DNA from: the human T2T-CHM13v2.0 reference genome, Homo sapiens
DNA length: 64,000 bases
Reading direction: 5' to 3' (one strand)
Assembly (NCBI RefSeq): GCF_009914755.1
Contig: NC_060926.1
Under the pieces are notes generated by a model, which was not told where the DNA came from, ran no database searches, and was given only the letters and a program-made list of their open reading frames with translations. Each line of letters begins with the position of its first letter. The stretch's first letter is position 1. The translations under genes and the position numbers were made by a program. This document shows positions 1-14,831 of this stretch, one piece after another.

Positions 1-399
1 TGCATAGTATTCCATGGTGTACATGCGCCACATTTTCTTAATCCAGTCTATCATTGTTGGACATTTGGGTTGGTTCCAAGTCTTTGCTATTGTGAATAGT
101 GCCGCAATAAACATACGTGTGCATGTGTCTTTATAGCAGCATGATTTATAATCCTTTGGGTATATACCCAGTAATGGGATGGCTGGGTCAAACGGTATTT
201 CTAATTCTAGATCTTTGAGGAATCGCCACACTGTCTTCCATAATGGTTGAACTAGTTCACAGTCCCACCAACAGTGTAAAAGTGTTCCTATTTCTCCACA
301 TCCTCTCCAGCACCTGTTTTTTTCCTGACTTGTTAATGATCGCCATTCTAACTTGTGTGAGATGATATCTCATTGTGGTTTTGATTTGCATTTCTCTGT
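1..399 (-). mobile_element. L1PA (young primate L1) 3' ORF2 end/3'UTR fragment, 5'-truncated, continues off the window's left edge
   Basis: Close match to the L1PA reverse complement (e.g. ttccaagtctttgctattgtgaatagtgccgcaataaacatacgtgtgcatgtgtc); similarity stops abruptly after gcatttctctg. Confidence 0.95.
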
Positions 400-1227
400 G
401 GTATAATATATCTTAAGAGTCTTGTGTCTGTCATTACAACTTAAATAAACTTATTAGAATTGTAAACTTAAGCATTTACATGTATTTTACCTAGATATTG
501 AAGTATTCAGTCTTTAGAAAAAATGATAAAGAGGGGGAAAACATTAGTACAAAATAAGATATACTAACAAAAGTTTGAAACGATACAAATGAGGCAATTT
601 ACCAGTTACCTAAGAATGCACAAATGCATTAAACTAACAGGGATGTGTTTTAATAGCTGTGATATTTTAAGAAGTGCCGATACAGCTATTCCATTTCTTA
701 TTCAGGTATCTCTAAGGCACTTCTAGGTACACATAACTGGGAGAAAATTTTAAAAACCAACCAAACAAAAGAAAACTTTTCCTATCTGTTCCAAACACAC
801 ATGACAGACAGATTAAAATCTATTTTATGTTAAAAATATAATTGCCTTTAAAAAGGAGAGAGGAAATATCTGCTAATACCAAAGACAAAGGGTAAATAAA
901 TTTAATGCCTATGAGGGGGGGAAGAAGGCAGATTTTCCACAAAGTAACAGCGATTACTTTGACAATAGATTTTATCACTAAAAATAAATAAGGTCAATAA
1001 ACTATTATCCTTAAAGTATTCAGTTTAGAATCCTTTATGATAGTTATACCATTATACTATGTGGTGGGTGTCAGAGTGAAGGCATTTAAGAAATATAAAG
1101 ACTATAAAAGCTTATTATCCACCCATCTGGAAAGGACCACTAAGGTTGTAGCTGAGGAAACAATACTGTAGTTTAAAAAAGTAAGGTTCAAAATAAAATC
1201 TTAACAGCAAAGTGTTGAAACATGCTT

Positions 1228-1733
1228 TATTAGTTTTTCAATACTGTGGTAATACAAACTACCACACATGTAGTAACTTAAAATTAACCCAGATTTTTTA
1301 TCTTATAGTTCTGGAGGTCTAAAGTCCAAAATCCTTCTCACTGGGCCAAAGTCCAGGTGTTGGCAGGACTGGCATTTTGGGAATAACCTTGGATAGAATT
1401 CTTTTTCTTGCCTGTTTCAGCCTCTCAATTCTACTTGTAATTCTTAGGTTTTTGCTCCTATCTCCATCTTCAAAGCCAGCAGTGGTGCATCTTTTAACCT
1501 CCGTGACTTCTGCTTTCATGGCCACATCTCCTTGTCTCACTCTTTTGCCTCCTTCTTTTCTGTATAAGAGCCTTTGGGCCCATGCACATAATTCAGGACA
1601 GTCTCTCCATTGAAATATCCTTAATTTAATCACATTTTCAAAGTCTTTTTGCCATGTAAGGTAACACGTTTACAGTTTCCACAGATTAGGGGGACTAATC
1701 CAACTTTGGGGGACTACTTATTCTGCCTACCAC
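1228..1733 (-). mobile_element. MaLR solo LTR (MLT1D-like)
   Basis: MLT1 motifs tcttatagttctggaggtctaaagtccaaaat, gccatgtaaggtaacac and terminal ttattctgcctaccaca. Confidence 0.8.
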
Positions 1734-1899
1734 ACATATTGATAGAGCTAAAAAAAAGTACTATACAAAAAAAAAGAACAGTGATCCTGTTTTTTTTTAA
1801 AACAGAGCAAGAGAGAGGAACTACATTAGTAATGTTAGTAAATAAACATCAAACTAACTGTAAAGAAAATAAAAGTTAAAATAAAAGTTAAAAAAGTTA

Positions 1900-4351
<2,452 letters not shown>

Positions 4352-4995
4352 TCATTTATGTCCATTTTAAATGAAATTATAATTAATCTATAGTTCTAGT
4401 AACTTATATGTTTCTTTAATTTCTCTTTCTTATATTGACATTAATAATACCCTTGATTTTTATTAGAACATGCCTACTTTATCTTTTTTTAAAATAACCT
4501 TATTTACAACTGACCTATTTAATTTAGGCAGCATATAACTAATTATTTTTGGTTTGGTTTTATTTGATATAATCTGATAATCTTTTTAACTCATTGAGTT
4601 GAGTTTAACTCATTTTTATTTTAATTATAATTATAGGTATATTTTGGGTCAAAAGTTAGAAAGTATTTCTCTCTTGTGATAATTAGAATTTGAGCAGAAC
4701 TTCCATGTTGATATAATATTTCTTGATCAGAGTGGTAATAAAATTTATCGAGATGCACATTTAATATTATGCACGTTTTGAAACATACATAATATGTATG
4801 CCAATAAAATATTCAACATTTTCATAAATTAAATGCCTTAATGAGATAAATAATCCAAGAACTGAAGAAACCACTCTAACATACATAGATAATGTGTTGG
4901 ATGTGATATTATAATTCTAAATAAAATAATATCCTCCCCACATTATAAGCAAAAAAAAAAAAGATAAATTTAAAAGGAAAATATGAAAGAGGTCA

Positions 4996-5480
<485 letters not shown>

Positions 5481-5622
5481 TTAAAGGAAATAGGATCAAT
5501 TAGGAAAATATATTTACCATGTATATAATAAGGTTAGAATTTTTGATAGAAATGTAAATTAGTATAAAATTTGAAGGACAAATTTTAAATATCTATTAAA
5601 ATAGAAAATGAACAGCAAAAAA

Positions 5623-5700
5623 TATATGTATGCATGTGCATGTATGTGTGCATATATATGTGTGTGTGTGTGTTTGTGTTTGTGTGTATATATATTTATA
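5623..5700. repeat. (TA)/(TG) microsatellite and low-complexity tract
   Basis: tatatgtgtgtgtgtgtgtttgtgtttgtgtgtatatatat visible directly. Confidence 0.85.
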
Positions 5701-5970
5701 TTCTTTAAATATGCTGTACACAGGTACAATGGAATGTTTGTTGGAGCAATATTTGTAAACCTAAAAATACATATGGCCTAAATAGTCTTCAAAACTGCTA
5801 ATTACTATAATGTTGAATACAATTTAAATTCCTATATATCAGGTGAAAAGAAGAATGTGTCTCAATAGTTACATAGGAATAGACATTACAGTACATTTTG
5901 AATGTGGCGTAATATGTCTATAGTGATCTTATTTATATAAATTAAAAATAATCATGCTCAAAAAGTTATA

Positions 5971-6030
5971 CAGATGGTCCCTGACTTAAGATGGTTCCAC
6001 CTACAGTTTTTCAACTTTACAACGATGCAA
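5971..6030 (+). mobile_element. Tigger-family DNA transposon terminal fragment
   Basis: TA followed by cagatggtccctgacttaagatggttcc...tttttcaactttac, resembling a Tigger TIR; the partner end is not seen. Confidence 0.6.
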
Positions 6031-6082
6031 GAGGAGGATCTGTATTTGTAAATAGGTTGTACTAAATTTAAACGAATGCTAT

Positions 6083-6540
6083 ACAGCCATCCCTGGGAAT
6101 CTGCCAGGTATTGGTTTCAGAGCACCCCTACCCTATACCAAAATCTATGGATGCTCAAGTTTCTTATATAAAATGGTGCAGTATTTGCATATAACCTATG
6201 CACATCCTCCTGTATACTTTATTTTTTGTAGAGAAAAGGTCTTGCTATGTCACCCAGGTTGGTCTTGAACTCCTGGCCTCAAGTGACCCTCCTGCTTTGG
6301 TTTCCCAAAGTGATAAGATTACAGGCATGAGCCACCATTCCCCACCTTGTACACTTTAAATCATCTCTAGATTATTTGTAATACCTAATACAATGTGAAT
6401 GCAATGTTGCTACACTGTATTTTTAAAATTTGTATTTTTAATTGTTGTAATGCTATTTTTTATTATTTTTTCCGAAACTTTCAATCTGCTGTTGGTTGAC
6501 TTTGGGAATGTGGAACCCATTGATACAGAAGGCCAACTGT
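6083..6540 (+). mobile_element. MER2 (Tigger-family MITE) interrupted by an Alu monomer
   Basis: MER2 motifs ccaaaatctatggatgctcaag, gtatttgcatataacctatgcacatcctcc, aaatcatctctagattatt and end gatacagaaggccaactg. Confidence 0.88.
6219..6347 (-). mobile_element. FLAM/AluJ left monomer inserted in MER2
   Basis: Single Alu arm in reverse complement; TSD tgtatacttta / tgtacacttta. Confidence 0.85.
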
Positions 6541-7127
6541 GTGTATATAGATATATATACACACACACATACATATATATATATGTGTTTCTCAGAAATG
6601 ACTCTGTGTGTGTGTGTGTGTGTGTGTGTAAAAAGCTATGAAATGCAGTCATAATGCAGGTTGCTTCTGACAGGGCTGAACAGTGGGAAAGGAACAAGGG
6701 AGAAGAATGAAACAGGAATGACACAGAGTACGATGCTACATAAAAACTTAAATTAGCTTTTTTTTTTCCTAATTTGAAAATATGAAGCAAATATTTAAGA
6801 ATTTTGAATGTCTATACTTCTTGAAGGCATGTTTTAACATGTGATAATGTAGTTTTTACTTATAATTTAATTCAATAATTATCAGAGGGATTTTTTTCTG
6901 AAATAAATAGGGAAATTTAGGTAGCTGTGAGCATTGAAGAGGTTATTTGGAGAGAAGATATGAAAAAATCAACTCCTGGACCTGGGTAAGGAAAGATAAC
7001 TTGTGCTGAAACAAAAGTACAGAGAGCGCAGATACACACCCCCCAAGATTTCAGCTTAATCTTACTTATATCATCATCGAGTTGGGAGAAGGAGAAGAAA
7101 AAGAGGGGAGGCCTGTGACAATAATTC

Positions 7128-7900
7128 TTTTATTCATATATTTACTCATCAAAAAATACTTATTGAGAAAGTGCTAGATACCCTGTCCTAGGTATTATCA
7201 ATTTACTCATGAAAGCTTCATTCTGTCTCAAGGAATTGTGATGATTCCTGTAATAACAGCAAGTGCAAAGTGCTACCAAATGATAGAAGAAATAGTCTAT
7301 TTGTGGATATTGAAGAAGACCGCACATTCCAGAGGGCTGTTGAAAAGCACAGATGGAAAGAGTGGAAAAAAACTGCAGACTACCCCATACAAAGACACAC
7401 AGTCATTAAAGGACAGGGACATTTGGTCAGTGAAACCATCTTGTTCTGCTGGAACATAGACAGTCCTTGTGAAAACCAAGAACCAGCAGAATTGAGGCTG
7501 AAAATCAGGTGAGGTCTTGTTGCCAACTAACCCTTCATACTGTTCCCAGTTTTATGGGTGATGGGAAGCCACTGGTGCATTTCCAAACTGGAAATGACAC
7601 AAGGAATTGCTGTTTTCGAAAGAGAATCCAATCAGCTGTGCAAAGGAAGTTCTCAGGAGAGACCAGATATAGAAAGACAAATCTGACTAATACATTTTTT
7701 TTTCTTAAAAAAGAGACTAGAAAGGTAAAGGTAAGTGGATGGATAGGAAGAGAGAATTTATGAACAAAAGTAGTATGGTATGGTGAGATTTGATGGCTAT
7801 TTGGTTATGAGGAGGCAGGGAGAATAAACAAGTGATAATGACTACATTTTTTAGTTTTGGAAAAGCACTTGTGAGTCATTCAGGGATGTTCAGTTGGCAG
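7128..7900 (-). mobile_element. L2 remnant
   Basis: L2 3'-end-like attcat...acttattgag followed by degenerate purine-rich L2 antisense sequence. Confidence 0.55.
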
Positions 7901-8879
7901 ATGGAAATAGAAAAACCAATTATGAGTCTTCTGCTCATACATTTTAGGAAGTCTGCATTGAAGCTAGTTCTCCTTTTACTCAGTGATCCCATTTGAGCTA
8001 ATAAGCTTCATAACCACTACTCACTTCATAACCACTACTCACTTCATGTCATGGCTCTGGCCTGTGAAAGGGAGGTTTACCTAATGAAGTAAAAGTTATT
8101 CTTCTAAAGTATAGTCACTGTTGATACATTTCTCAGGAACATTCTTTTTCTTTTGACAGCATGCTATGAAATAAAAATTGCGTGCAGACCTGGAGGAATA
8201 TTAACATATGAAGACATTGGGGGAAGGTTATTGATTGATTTACTGAATGGTCTGATTCAAATGAACTCCTAATATATATAGACCATCTCAGAATTAATCA
8301 CCTTCTCTACTCTTAGAGTGTTCCTTATCATTCAGGTAGCAATCATTTGAACACCCATCATTTTTAAAAAATGAAAAAGAAAACTGTAACTACCTTGACA
8401 ACTGGAAGCATGATTTTAAGTAGCTGAAGGAGTTACTGGCTTAAGTTAGAAACAAACCAGATTGGAAACTAGGTATAAAGTAATTAATTTCTTCCATTTT
8501 GAGAAGTTGGAAGGTCTCACTGAGCTTTTGTTGGTTACTTATTCATATTGAGAAATTGATTATTTCTTTTGCCTAAAGTCAAAGAGCTCTGAAGAGACCT
8601 AGTCAAGATTTGGATGTTTTGAATACAGTCACAATTATGGTCTCAGAAATACTTTAAAACACATTCATCAGTCATGCTCTTATTCAGAATCAGGGCACAA
8701 ATTTTAAACAATAAAATCCATGTGAACTTAAAAATATGCCTTCGAGTTATTGAACATCTAATTAAATTGCTTATTTCTCATTATGCCTTCTCTAACAATA
8801 AATGATTTTCATTCCTGAATCCCAATGGGATTTTCCTGGTCCACTTGTAAGTTGTTTATTTAGATACACAATGTGAATC

Positions 8880-10172
8880 TATATGTTGATTTATTTTGTA
8901 ATGGTTCACAGGACTGGGCTACTTTCCTCTGAGTGAGGGTAAAATTAATCAGTAGGAAATGAATATTGTCAGTGTCAATGATTATAAGAGGAAATTATAT
9001 GTGGGAGCAAGAGAGAATGAAGCAGATTATTTGTGGTTAGGAGTTAATTCAGAGGGATCCATGCATAATCTCCATCTCCGCCAATTTGGCTGTTTTACTC
9101 CTGTTGCCATCATGCCAGCATGGGATGCTCAATATCAGAGGCTGGCTGACATCAACTGGATGAAACCATTTGTTGATTGATGGTTTATTGTTTCTTCCAT
9201 GGTGAATGATTGCTACTGGGAAATAATATGGGATACAAAGATCTTCAAACATTATGCTCACTTCCATATATCTCTCTCCATTCAGATCTCCTTTTCCCCA
9301 GTCTCTAATCTTTCTCCCTGCAGGCACCTGTCCCATTGTCCAGTCCGTTGGTCATGGCTCATGAATTCACACATAATTCTAATCCCAGACTATTTCTCTT
9401 CCCACACACAATAGATGACCAGTTTTACTGTTTGAAGCTCTGCCCATTGGGAGCAATTTTCTTTACCACTCTATTTTAAGGTCACTCCTGAGAAAGGAGG
9501 TAATGCAACTACAGACTATTTTTACCTTGCATCCACATATCTAAGCAAATTATCCATGAGCTAAGCTAGGGGTATTTCCTCCTCCTTCATTTGGTTGTGG
9601 ATCTCTCATAGGGCCACTGGAGTGATCTCAAGAGAGTTGGCACTGGTGCAGCAGTGAGGAGTGTCACAGGGCTCTGAGATGCTTGCTCATGCAGCTTGCT
9701 TGTGCCCTCTTGTCTTGCTTATGCTTAGCCATTGATGTGACTACACACATTCATCTGACACCATGTGCCATATAAGCGATGCTTAATCTTAGGACTCAAT
9801 CTGGACAGAACCCACTCATGGCAGGGCTGCTTACATCATAGTCTAGATCTCTGAAGAGCCCTTTTCTGTTCTGGGTCACCCTCAAATCTGCCAGCCTTCT
9901 GCACGATTAAATTATAGGCCATAGCAATATTCTCGAGTGTAGAAAACGCTGTTTCCAGATCCTGAAGAAGTCTACCAGGTAGAATGATTCCTTCTCTGTG
10001 GTGGTAGGTGAGAGATGCAATAATTTGCTTTTTACATTGGCTAAGATGTCCCATCATATACCTAACCTATGTGTCCTAAAAATTATAATGAGATGAGAGG
10101 CCCTTGAATCTTAGCAGGATTCATCTCCTTCACTCAAAAGTGCACACATTTACTAAGGTTTCTGACATGTCA
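8880..10172 (-). mobile_element. ERVL-type internal pol remnant (RT C-terminus/RNase H region), pseudogenised
   Basis: Minus-strand peptides QKAGRFEGDPEQKRALQ and HPVDVSQPL resemble ERVL pol KAASFEWGPEQEKALQ and PVDVSQPL; many frameshifts. Confidence 0.8.
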
Positions 10173-10173
10173 T

Positions 10174-10962
10174 TGAAATTGCCTTTCAAAAATTGTAACA
10201 GTTAGATAAATCTAACATAGCTGACTCTGTCTTGTTTCTAACCTCGCAAGCAAACTGCCTTTGCCCATCCGTACATGTAGGACAAGCTAACTATGGGAAG
10301 AATTTAGTTTATAGTTTAAAGCAAGAATGATAGTAGTCTCTTCCCAAAACTAATCTCCCACTTATTCAGGTACTGAAGTCGCTCCTTGTAAAGCTAATAA
10401 AAGGCCATAATTTTAGAATTACAGTAAGATCCTGAATTCTGCTAATGCTAGGCATAGTTAAATAATAACTAGTCATTGTCTCCTAATAGATTTACTGCTC
10501 AGGAGTCATGTAGCCAGAGGTCACAAAATTTGTAACTTCCCTAATTGCCCCGAGAGACAGCATTGCTATTGCAAAACCTGACTGGTGTTTGCAATATTTT
10601 TTAGAGTTTGCATTCTTTGGGCCAACAGATGCCAACCAGGCTCATGACCCATATCAAAAAACTGACTCAACTGCTCCTGTGACAACCCAGAAACTGACTC
10701 AGTGCACGAAGGCAATTTTGATGCCCGTATGATTTCATCCCCAACCAAGCAGCAAATCAAATTCCATAGCCCCTTGCCCACCAAACTGTCCTTAAAAAAA
10801 ACCTCACCTCCAAGTTCTTAGGGAGGCAGATTTGAGAATTATCTCCCATTCTCCTCACTTGGCTGGCCCTGTGATTATGGAACTCTGGGCTGCAACACCT
10901 GCTATGCTCAATGTATTGGCTGTTTTGGAAACAGTGGGCAAGAAGAACCTGTCAGGCTGTTA
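10174..10962 (+). mobile_element. LTR8-family (ERV1) solo LTR
   Basis: Start tgaaattgcctttcaaaaatt...ctgactctgtcttgtttctaacc; end agtgggcaagaagaacctgtcaggctgtta. Confidence 0.8.
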
Positions 10963-11487
10963 TGTTCCCAGACAGAACTGGGGTCCAGCTGCTTGTTCTC
11001 ATGGTTCAATCATAAGATGCAAACAGACTGGGCAAGAAGGGAGTTTCTGCAACCAGTTACAGGGAGAAAACCAGAATAACTCAACAGACCAACTCAAAGT
11101 TACAAGTTTTTCTCCAGTGCTTATAATACATTCAAACCATATGCCTACGTGTGGGAAAGCACCTACAAACTGAAGTGTTTCACTCTGTCTAATCTTTAAC
11201 TAGGGTTCAGATCTGGAAATTACTTCAGAGCCTAGGAACAATTATGTAATCTAAAGTGGGTCTTGGTACAAGGTGTGCAAGAATGCCTCCATTTTATTAA
11301 TTAAACTCTAATGTCTGAGAAAGCCCAGGTGGGGTCTTAATGGACTTGTTTTTACATTCTAACCCTTGTACTAAGGCACCAGTTTCTCCAGTTCTTTAAT
11401 GCTTAAGTTATACACTCATCAGATTTACACTAAGGTGGTGGTGAAGGATGACTGCCCTGGTTGCTAATGGAGACCTGGCCTGCCACA
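10963..11487 (-). mobile_element. ERV1 solo LTR (MER66-like)
   Basis: TG...CA termini; minus strand begins tgtggcaggccaggtctccattagcaacc; 4-bp TSD gtta/atta. Confidence 0.7.
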
Positions 11488-11493
11488 ATTACA

Positions 11494-12060
11494 CTAGTTA
11501 TTTCTTACTCATTCCTCAGTTAGCATCATATCATTGATGGAGTGGATCATGTGATGTTGAGTGAGATGCATAGATAATCTAGATTTCCTTGGACTATATT
11601 TTAACAGAGGTTGGGGGCAGTTAACATAATTGTGGGACAAAACTTGAAACATTTGCTGTCGTTCCTGCCTTGTGAATGTGAATTTTTTCAGAACTGCTTT
11701 TTCTGCTAAGAATAGAAAAGAGTGTATTCAATAAATCAATGGCCAATTATAGGTACCTTAGACCAAGCTAATGTGCTTTTGCAAGGATTCCATATTTGGC
11801 ATGGTGGCTGCAATTGTGGCTACTATTACTTTGTACTTTGTAGTGGCAGCTTAATATCTTCCGTTGGGATCTGTTTGGTTACTGCAGGAATCAAACTGGT
11901 AAATCATGGTGTTTGTTGGGACCACCAGCCTATGTCCTTTAGATCCTGAAGGTGCTTCTATTAATACTTTCTGCCATCCATCCCCTGAGAGTCACCAGCT
12001 GCCCAATGCAATATTGTTTTAGAAATACCATCTAGATAATGTAACTCTGTGTCCCATCAT
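11494..12060 (-). mobile_element. ERVL-type pol remnant (RT core), continuation of 8880-10172
   Basis: Minus strand encodes VLSHNYVNCP (cf. VLPQGYVNSP) and IHSINDMML (cf. VHYIDDIML); the catalytic YxDD motif is destroyed. Confidence 0.8.
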
Positions 12061-12099
12061 GCAAGGCTTGGTAATATATTTACTTTTGTGTTTACTTTT

Positions 12100-12490
12100 C
12101 TTTCTAATCCATTATCTATTTCTCAGCCAATATGAGCTTTTTAAAACACAAATGAGATTATTTAATTCGTCTGCTAAAAATCCCTCAATGGCTTTCTACT
12201 GCCCTTCCAATAAAATCAGAATCTCTGATTAAAAACTAACAATTCTTATGATTTTTGACCCTGACTAGATTTTTGGCCTTAAAATACATGATCGTCCACC
12301 TCTAGCACAAGCCTCCAGTCATAGGATTTTTTGCATCTTAAACACAGCACCTTTCCCATCAGGGCATTTGGACTTGCCTTTCCCTCCGCTAAGAGTGCTT
12401 TTCCCAGCACACTGAAGGAGGGCTTGCACTTCATCTTTTTATTTTCAACTCAAATAATACATCTTCATGAGGTCTTACCTGACCACATAG
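12100..12490 (+). mobile_element. L2 remnant
   Basis: ctgctaaaaatccctcaatggctttc and agggcatttggacttgcctttccctcc resemble L2 3' region motifs. Confidence 0.6.
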
Positions 12491-12494
12491 TCCC

Positions 12495-13030
12495 TGAAAG
12501 GTTCACCGAAAAGTCACTGGCATGAGGCACATTGATTAATAGGAGAAGAGACATAAACATTTATTTAACTTCTATACGTGGGAGCCTTAAGAATGAAGAC
12601 CAGCTTCCCAATGAGTTACAGAAATGTATATACCATCTTGAGGCCACAGTAAAGAATACAGACTCAGAACATGGCCAGAAACTGGTTATATTGGTAAATC
12701 AGGCTTAGTGAAAAGACAGGTTATGAGAGAGAGAAAGAAGCTTGACTAGCAAATGTGACCTTGTTATGTAGATGAAGCTTCCCTTAGAATAGAGGGTAAA
12801 TGTTTCTCTTCATACTTTAAAGGTGTCAGACTCTCCAGTTTCTTCAGGATCTGGAAAAGCACAGGAAAGGGAGGCAGCCTGGCTGCATTGAAGGAAATTC
12901 TCTACAGATCCAAATTTTCCCCACAAAAGACAGCTTTGCAGGGCCACTTCTGTTTGCTAGCCAAGTGGCAGCCATTTCAAAATATGTCAAAAAATACATT
13001 TTGAGGGTAAGATCATTAAATTTCCTTTAC
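12495..13030 (-). mobile_element. MER4-group ERV1 LTR (MER34/MER39-like)
   Basis: aaagacagctttgcagggcc and gccatttcaaaatatgtcaaa hallmarks of MER4-group LTRs. Confidence 0.72.
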
Positions 13031-14117
13031 CACCATGATTAAGGTAGCAGCTCCATTTATATTTCCTTCAGCTAGTTTTTCTGCGTATCCACTTGCCTGT
13101 TTGTGTGTCCACACTGACTAGAATATGAGGGCAGCAGCAGGAACAACAGCAGGACCTAGGAGTGGTTGTGACTTCTTTTGATCTCAAGGAGGTTCTTCTA
13201 AATGTTGATTCTACTGGAATATGACATACCAGTAGACAGACGGACAGACATCTAATCTGCATAGATGGGATTTGGAGTTATTGTAATCTCAAATTAGGAA
13301 GTCAGAGAGGTTCTTTATATCCTAATGGGTGAAGCTAGGTATACAAGTTTCATAGATATTTTTGTACATATCAACTTTGGTTTAAAATTAATCTAGTACT
13401 TCTATTTTTAAATAATGATAAATGTATGACATATAGACATGCACTTGCCACCCACAATTAATGAATGTTATATTTTTTCCAAACTTTTTAATGAAGCCCT
13501 TTATTCCATATATATGAATAAAGGGCTTCATTAAAATATATATATATAAAATTTTATATATATAATATATATATTTTTTAAAGAAAATAATTCCAGGTAT
13601 AGTTAGAGCAAATCTCCCTCATGTCTTACAACTAATTTTCTACTTCCCCACGCATAATGGATCTCACAGCATTTTGTTGCATTCCTATACACATTCAAAT
13701 TTTTAAAAAATATATATATATCCATAATTTCTTGTATTGTTTTGTTTAATAATTTATATAAATGCAGTTACATCAAATATATTATGCTCCAACTTGCTCA
13801 TCTTAAATAATAGCTTTATATTCTGAGAGAAATCCACGCTGAGCATGTGACTCTATTTAAATCTTACCTGTTGAAAGGGCCCTTATGCGCAGAGACAGAC
13901 TGTCCCCCTGTAGGTCCTAAGAGGAGTTCAGTAACTGCCCTGATCTCTGAACTCTTGGCAGGTCTCCCAGACTCCCAGTTCTTGTCAGGACGCCCTCCTC
14001 CCAATTGTTCTGCCCTGAACGGATTGTGTTTTCTCCACTATCTGCCCTGCAACCAAGCAAGCGTTATCTCCCCATTTTTATCATCACAGAAAGGCCAGCC
14101 TTCCAGGACATCTCTAA

Positions 14118-14480
<363 letters not shown>

Positions 14481-14489
14481 TTGAACTAC

Positions 14490-14831
<342 letters not shown>

